Source: Candidatus Levyibacteriota bacterium (lineage in GTDB: Bacteria > Patescibacteriota > Microgenomatia > Levybacterales > UBA12049). From it: DNA of 64,000 bases. Where the stretch lies: the NCBI GenBank assembly GCA_963790825.1, contig CAWBPM010000002.1, forward strand, positions 4,721 to 68,720, read 5' to 3'. Shown one piece after another: positions 59,125 through 64,000 of the stretch. The position numbers were made by a program, and so were the translations under genes. How positions within the stretch are numbered: the stretch's first letter is position 1; the number at the start of each line of letters is the position of its first letter. The notes below the pieces were generated by a model. The model was given only the letters and a program-made list of their open reading frames with translations. It had not been told where the DNA came from and did not search any database.

Positions 59125-60888
59125 ATGATTGAATTAAATAGTCCTTATCATCTCTCATATATTAATTTCTTTTTAGTTATAACCATTACCATTTGTCTCC
59201 TTATTTATCGCTTCATTTTCCCTAAAAGAAAAATACATATATTTGCGTTGCTCCTTATTATATCGGTGGTTCCTACACTCAGTATCTTTAGAGCAGGCAC
59301 GTATAGAAGTGGAGACTTAACCCCCCACTTTGTTCAATTAATTGATTTTTATAGAAATCTAAGTGAAGGGGTACTTATTCCTCGCTGGGCAGGAGATCTC
59401 TGTGGGGGTTACGGTTGTCCTGTTTATATTCTCGAATATATTTTGCCATATTATTTTGCTTCATTTTTTCACTTTATCGGGTTCTCATTTTTAACAAGTA
59501 TAAAACTTGTGTTAGTAGGTGCATTTATTACATCCGGAATAACTATGTATCTGTGGGCAAAAGAAGAATTCGGTAAAATCTCAGGATTTTTGGCAGCTAT
59601 TTTTTATCTGTTTGCACCATATCATTTAATTGATTTTCATTTTCGGGGTTCTGTTGGTGAAATTTTATCGTTTGTTTTTATCCCGATACTTTTTCTTTTT
59701 ACAAAAAAACTTATCGAGACGAATGCCAGGAAATATTTTTTTCTTGAAACATTAGCTGTTTTTTCTCTTATTCTTACACATTCAAGTACCACAATTATTT
59801 CTTTACCACTAGCTGTTTGTTATGCTGTAATTGTTTGGTTTAGAAAAAAAGATAAGTCAATAAAAGACATCGTTTTATTTTTTGCTTCTATAATCTATGG
59901 TATTTTACTTTCTACCTTTTATTGGCTTCCTGCTTTGAGAGAAGTACAATACACTTGGTGGGTTAATACAACTTTTGGTGACTTTAAGCCGATAGCAGAA
60001 TATCTCTACTCGCCTATTTTATATGGATTTTTATTTCAGGGACATCAAGGTGAATTCCGTCTGATTATTGGCTACTTTCATTTATTGGCAATTTTTTTGG
60101 CGATTTTCTTTCTTTTGAAAAATAAGATTGATAAAAATTTAAAATTTTTATTATTATTTTTACTGCTTTCTTTTTTTATTCTATTCTTTATGCTACTGTC
60201 TGTATCGAAACCGGTGTGGGAGCATATCTCGTTACTGCATACGTTTATTGTTGTCTGGCGGCTGCTTGTTCCAATTGCTTTTATTACCTCGGCGATAGCA
60301 GGCATTGTCGCGACAAAGATAAAAAATATCGTACTATTTACTCTCGTTTGTTTTCTGGTTATTGTCTCAACAATCCCTAATTGGGCTAATAGAAAAATGA
60401 TTCCTCCCCCAAAAGACCCCTTTATTCACGGGTCAGAGTTTTATACAGAATATTTTGAAAAGGGAAATCCTATTTTTGAAAAAAGTTTAAAAGAAAGTCA
60501 ATCATTAAAGATAAATAATGTTTCAAGTTCGCCTACTCAACCAATTGTATTTCTTAAAGGCGAAGGGGAGTTTGCTCAGCTAAAAAGAAAACAAATCCAA
60601 CATGAATATGTTTTATATGCAAAGAAAGATGTTGTGATTCGGGAAAATACCAATTATTTTCCCGGCTGGAAAGTAGTGGCAAATAATAAAAATATTGCTA
60701 TTAATTATAAAGATATACATAATTTAGGTAAAATTACATTCAAATTAAAAAAAGGTATTTACAAAATTGATGTGCTTTTCGTTGACACACCAGTTATTAG
60801 AACTTCTCAAGAAATAAGTGCAATAGCTTTCATAATCGGGTTATTATTTTGTATACCGATTGTAAAAACGGCTATAATAAAAAAGTAG
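59125..60888 (+). CDS. polytopic membrane protein with C-terminal extracytoplasmic domain (GT-C-like), tandem paralogue 2
   Basis: Same architecture and blocks as the previous gene (RAGTYRSGDLTPH, APYHLIDFHFR, NTNYFPGW). Confidence 0.5.
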   Translation: MIELNSPYHLSYINFFLVITITICLLIYRFIFPKRKIHIFALLLIISVVPTLSIFRAGTYRSGDLTPHFVQLIDFYRNLSEGVLIPRWAGDLCGGYGCPVYILEYILPYYFASFFHFIGFSFLTSIKLVLVGAFITSGITMYLWAKEEFGKISGFLAAIFYLFAPYHLIDFHFRGSVGEILSFVFIPILFLFTKKLIETNARKYFFLETLAVFSLILTHSSTTIISLPLAVCYAVIVWFRKKDKSIKDIVLFFASIIYGILLSTFYWLPALREVQYTWWVNTTFGDFKPIAEYLYSPILYGFLFQGHQGEFRLIIGYFHLLAIFLAIFFLLKNKIDKNLKFLLLFLLLSFFILFFMLLSVSKPVWEHISLLHTFIVVWRLLVPIAFITSAIAGIVATKIKNIVLFTLVCFLVIVSTIPNWANRKMIPPPKDPFIHGSEFYTEYFEKGNPIFEKSLKESQSLKINNVSSSPTQPIVFLKGEGEFAQLKRKQIQHEYVLYAKKDVVIRENTNYFPGWKVVANNKNIAINYKDIHNLGKITFKLKKGIYKIDVLFVDTPVIRTSQEISAIAFIIGLLFCIPIVKTAIIKK

Positions 60889-60905
60889 CAATTTATGAAT
60901 AATAA

Positions 60906-61835
60906 ATGAAAAGAAAAAAATTATTTACAGTCAATTGTCATTTATGTGGTAAAAATAGCTATAAGGTTTTAATTCAATCTACCCTTCTTGATAGCGATTT
61001 TAGCCATGATATAATCAAATCTGAGTTAAAAAACACACTTGCAGACTATAAAAAACATAGTAGAATAGTCAAATGTAATTACTGTGGCCTTGTTTATACG
61101 AACCCGATGGAAAATCCTCTTTCCTTGATTGAAGGATATGAAGATGTTATTGATGAAGAATACTTACTGACTGAAAAATATCGAAAAATATTATTGACCC
61201 AGCACTTACAAAATATTGAAATGTTTAAAAAAAATGGTAAAATTCTTGACATTGGTTGTTTTGCGGGATACTTTCTTGAATTGGCAAAAGAAAGAAAATG
61301 GGAAGCATACGGTATCGAGCCTTCTAAATGGGCAAGAGAACTTGCAAAAAAAAGAAAAGTAAAAATTATTTCAAAAAGTATCGAGAATGCAAAACTACCG
61401 AAAGATTATTATGATGCAATCACGATGTGGGATGTAATAGAACATTTACCGAATCCGAAAGAAGTTTTACACAAGTGTTATGAGTCGCTAAACAAGGAAG
61501 GCATTATAGCTTTAGGAACTCCCAATATTGAGTGTTTGGTAGCGAAAATAATGGGAAGCAATTATCCCTATATTCTTAGAATGCATCATGTTCTTTATTC
61601 TCCCAAAACATTGAATACTTTACTTGAGCAGATTGGTTTTAGAGCGTTAAAGGTTTATTCTTACGGAAGAACTTTCCCTATATCCTACATTATGGACAGA
61701 TTAAGAATTAATAACCCCTTGTATAATATGGGTAAAAGCATTATTAAAGCATCACCAAAAATTGCAAATCACACTATTCATTTAAACATTGGCGATTCTT
61801 TTGTTATAATTGCCAAAAAACAGATAACAGGATAA
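60906..61835 (+). CDS. class I SAM-dependent methyltransferase with N-terminal Cys4 zinc ribbon
   Basis: CHLCG...CNYCG ribbon, then motif I ILDIGCFAGYF. Confidence 0.65.
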   Translation: MKRKKLFTVNCHLCGKNSYKVLIQSTLLDSDFSHDIIKSELKNTLADYKKHSRIVKCNYCGLVYTNPMENPLSLIEGYEDVIDEEYLLTEKYRKILLTQHLQNIEMFKKNGKILDIGCFAGYFLELAKERKWEAYGIEPSKWARELAKKRKVKIISKSIENAKLPKDYYDAITMWDVIEHLPNPKEVLHKCYESLNKEGIIALGTPNIECLVAKIMGSNYPYILRMHHVLYSPKTLNTLLEQIGFRALKVYSYGRTFPISYIMDRLRINNPLYNMGKSIIKASPKIANHTIHLNIGDSFVIIAKKQITG

Positions 61836-61845
61836 ATTTGATTTT

Positions 61846-62559
61846 ATGAAAAAACATGCAAATAAATCACCTCTCGTCACTATAATGATAGCTGCCCTTA
61901 ACGAAGAAAAGAATATTAAGAAAGTGGTTGATGAATGCTTAAAATTAAAAGATATCCGATTGGAAGTCCTTGTTATTCTCGATAGTAAAACTACTGATAA
62001 AACAAAAGAAGTTGCAGAAAAAGCCGGAGCACGAGTAATCAACACCGGCAGATGGAGAGGAAAAGGAGCAGCATTGCGACTTGCACAAAAATATATAAAG
62101 GGAGATTACACAGTGCAAATAGACGCTGATTATCAATTTCTTCCTCGGGATATTCCAAAATTTATCAAAGCACTTCAGGATAAATATGACGTTGTATTAG
62201 GAAGTCGATATGAAAAAGGAGCAAAAGTGGACAAGGGTTCGGTAACTCGATTGCGTCAATTCGGTATTCACTTTCTTTCTGCAGTTACGTCTCTTGCTTG
62301 TGGTCAACGTATTACTGATATGCCTGCAGGATTCAAAGCATTTAAAACAGACGTTTTGAAGGATATTAACTTATCTGTTGACCATTATGGATATGAAGCT
62401 GAAGAAATAATAAAGGCAGCAAAAAAAGGATACAAAATAACCAATGTGCCGATCGAATATAAAAAGAGAATTGAAGGAGATTCCAAACTTACTCCTTTTA
62501 AAGATGGGTTGTTATTTCTTGACACAATTATTAAGACCAGATTTTCAAGTAATCTTTAA
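61846..62559 (+). CDS. GT2 polyprenol-phosphate glycosyltransferase (DPM1-like)
   Basis: IMIAALNEEKNI, QIDADYQF and GSRY blocks. Length is 237 aa. Confidence 0.7.
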   Translation: MKKHANKSPLVTIMIAALNEEKNIKKVVDECLKLKDIRLEVLVILDSKTTDKTKEVAEKAGARVINTGRWRGKGAALRLAQKYIKGDYTVQIDADYQFLPRDIPKFIKALQDKYDVVLGSRYEKGAKVDKGSVTRLRQFGIHFLSAVTSLACGQRITDMPAGFKAFKTDVLKDINLSVDHYGYEAEEIIKAAKKGYKITNVPIEYKKRIEGDSKLTPFKDGLLFLDTIIKTRFSSNL

Positions 62560-62561
62560 AT

Positions 62562-63509
62562 ATGAAGAAAATATTAATTACAGGGGGTGCTGGTTTCTTA
62601 GGAAGTTCATTAACACGAGAACTTGTCAGGATGGGTTATCCCATTTCAGTTTTTGATAATGAGTACCGTGGTAAAGTAGACCGTTTGAAGGATATCAAAG
62701 GTGAATTTGAATTCATAAAAGGCGATATTCGAGACTTAGCAAGTGTTAGTAAAGCATGCAAAGATAAAGATATAATTTTTCACTTGGCGTATATTAATGG
62801 TACCGAATTTTTCTATACTAAACCGGAGCTTGTGCTTGAAGTCGGGTTAAAAGGAATGGTGAATGTTCTTGATGCCTGTCTCAAACATAATGTTCCAGAA
62901 ATTTTTCTTGCTTCTAGCTCAGAAGTATACAATCAACCGACAGTCATTCCAACTCCGGAAAATGTGCCGCTAATCATTCCTGATCCAAAAAATCCCCGAT
63001 TCTCTTATGGAGGGGGGAAGATTATTAGTGAATTATTGGTTCTCAATTACGGAAAGAAATATTTTAAGAGAGCAATTATTTTTCGTCCACATAACGTCTA
63101 TGGTCCAGATATGGGATTTGAACATGTCGTCCCACAATTCACTTTGAGAATGAAAAAATTGAAAAAAAAATATGGAAAATCATTTGAGTTCCCTATTCAG
63201 GGAAATGGTAAAGAAACACGGGCATACATATATATCGATGATTTTATCAAAGGACTTAGCATTCTTCTTAATAAAGGTAAACATTTGGAAATTTATAATA
63301 TAGGAACAACGAAAGAAACAAGAGTCGAATCGCTTGCATATAAAATTGGAGCACTCTTAAATTGTAAGATCAAAATTAAAACTAGTAATGTCCTTCCTGG
63401 TAGTACGACACGTCGTTGTGCTGATATCATAAAAATTACAAAACTAGGATTTAAAATAAATATTTCAATAGACGAAGGCCTTAAAAAAACAGTTGAGTGG
63501 TATGTTTAA
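62562..63509 (+). CDS. NAD-dependent nucleotide-sugar epimerase/dehydratase (extended SDR, UXS/GalE-like)
   Basis: ILITGGAGFLGS Rossmann motif and a YGGGK (YxxxK) catalytic dyad region. Confidence 0.75.
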   Translation: MKKILITGGAGFLGSSLTRELVRMGYPISVFDNEYRGKVDRLKDIKGEFEFIKGDIRDLASVSKACKDKDIIFHLAYINGTEFFYTKPELVLEVGLKGMVNVLDACLKHNVPEIFLASSSEVYNQPTVIPTPENVPLIIPDPKNPRFSYGGGKIISELLVLNYGKKYFKRAIIFRPHNVYGPDMGFEHVVPQFTLRMKKLKKKYGKSFEFPIQGNGKETRAYIYIDDFIKGLSILLNKGKHLEIYNIGTTKETRVESLAYKIGALLNCKIKIKTSNVLPGSTTRRCADIIKITKLGFKINISIDEGLKKTVEWYV

Positions 63510-63552
63510 TATAGACAAAGTAATACATTTATTATATAAATAATACGGTCAT

Positions 63553-64000
63553 ATGAAAGATAATTTACCATACGCATTTGGAGACGGTAGCAGTGTCGTA
63601 GTCACTTCATGTCAAATTTGTCAAAATACAAATCTCCATTCAATACTTTTTCTCGGATATATGCCACCGGTTAATTCTATGCCCAAAATAAGAACTAAAC
63701 CCCAGGAACAACCAAGTTACCCAGCAGAATTATTATATTGCAACAATTGTCATCTTGTGCAAATCGGTCTTATCGTCGATCCAAAAATTTTATTTTCTAC
63801 AGAGTATCCCTACACAAGTAGTACGACAAAAGTGCTGCGGGATAATTTTGCTGAACTTTATGAGGAATGTTCTAAGCTGATCTCCTTAAAAGAGACAGAT
63901 CTTGTTATTGATATTGGTTCAAATGACGGAAATCTTTTAAAAAATTTTAAAGAGAAACATAAAGTGTTAGGAATTACTCCTGAGGATATTGGTAAGCTTG
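63553..64000 (+). CDS. Zn-ribbon SAM-dependent (C-)methyltransferase, 3'-truncated at window edge
   Basis: ATG at 63553. CQICQN...CNNCHLVQ zinc ribbon followed by VIDIGSNDGNLL motif I. The frame is open to the end of the window. Confidence 0.55.
   Translation, partial: MKDNLPYAFGDGSSVVVTSCQICQNTNLHSILFLGYMPPVNSMPKIRTKPQEQPSYPAELLYCNNCHLVQIGLIVDPKILFSTEYPYTSSTTKVLRDNFAELYEECSKLISLKETDLVIDIGSNDGNLLKNFKEKHKVLGITPEDIGKL

Noticed and set aside
1-64000. CRISPR arrays, transposases, integrases, restriction-modification, toxin-antitoxin or other defence modules
   Set aside because: No regularly spaced direct repeats, no transposase/integrase/nuclease/ATPase signatures and no small paired ORFs of TA type were seen. 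The methyltransferases present have small-molecule/sugar MTase motifs rather than DNA MTase motifs.

Overview
This window is AT-rich and gene-dense, with almost no gaps between genes. It looks like a small-genome bacterium with a reduced cell envelope, possibly a Patescibacteria/CPR-like lineage. That attribution rests only on gene order and content and is not verified. Part 1, content: the first ~22 kb holds a rearranged cell-wall/cell-division (dcw) block. The order is a truncated glgP, then PLD, GNAT, CYTH, a tRNA-binding protein, DUF192, a YdjM-like hydrolase, murE, pgeF, murC, murB, murA, a GlmU-like nucleotidyltransferase, a GNAT, a small HAD hydrolase, a structured GC-rich leader, glmS, an unknown membrane protein, mraY, ftsW, murG, an FtsQ-like protein, ftsA and ftsZ, then an IPP isomerase. 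No murD, murF, ddl or ftsI is present in the window. The leader before glmS shows the GACGARG, AAGGAU and AGGGGGUG blocks that I recall from the Bacillus subtilis glmS leader, so I call it a candidate glmS ribozyme. The middle of the window carries mixed membrane and housekeeping genes. These are an SGNH hydrolase, hemolysin-III, two paralogous acyltransferase-3 genes, TspO, an SDR, a TPR protein, a lone fabF, NRAMP/mntH, a beta-CASP RNase, a class I IleRS-like synthetase, rodA, rplU-rpmA, parB, lepB and tRNA-Val(CAC). There are two dense glycan-biosynthesis regions. The first (28.9-40 kb) has DPM1-like GT2 enzymes beside GT-C polytopic transferases. The second (49-64 kb, downstream of tRNA-Val) has GT4 x2, an LbH acetyltransferase, GT2 x2, a Gfo/Idh/MocA oxidoreductase plus DegT aminotransferase (a WbpB/E/D-like trio), acyltransferase-3, three paralogous polytopic membrane proteins, two Zn-ribbon SAM methyltransferases and an NAD-epimerase/dehydratase. 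I saw no CRISPR array, transposase, integrase or recognisable defence-system genes. Part 2, hunt: the strongest candidates are the glmS-ribozyme-like leader and the nucleotidyltransferase-GNAT-HAD-glmS module, which resembles a non-canonical UDP-GlcNAc route. Further candidates are the unknown membrane protein sitting where murF normally lies, a triple-frame TAA tandem repeat ending mraY, the lone fabF, a GC-rich low-complexity insertion in the aaRS gene, and the tRNA-adjacent glycan island.
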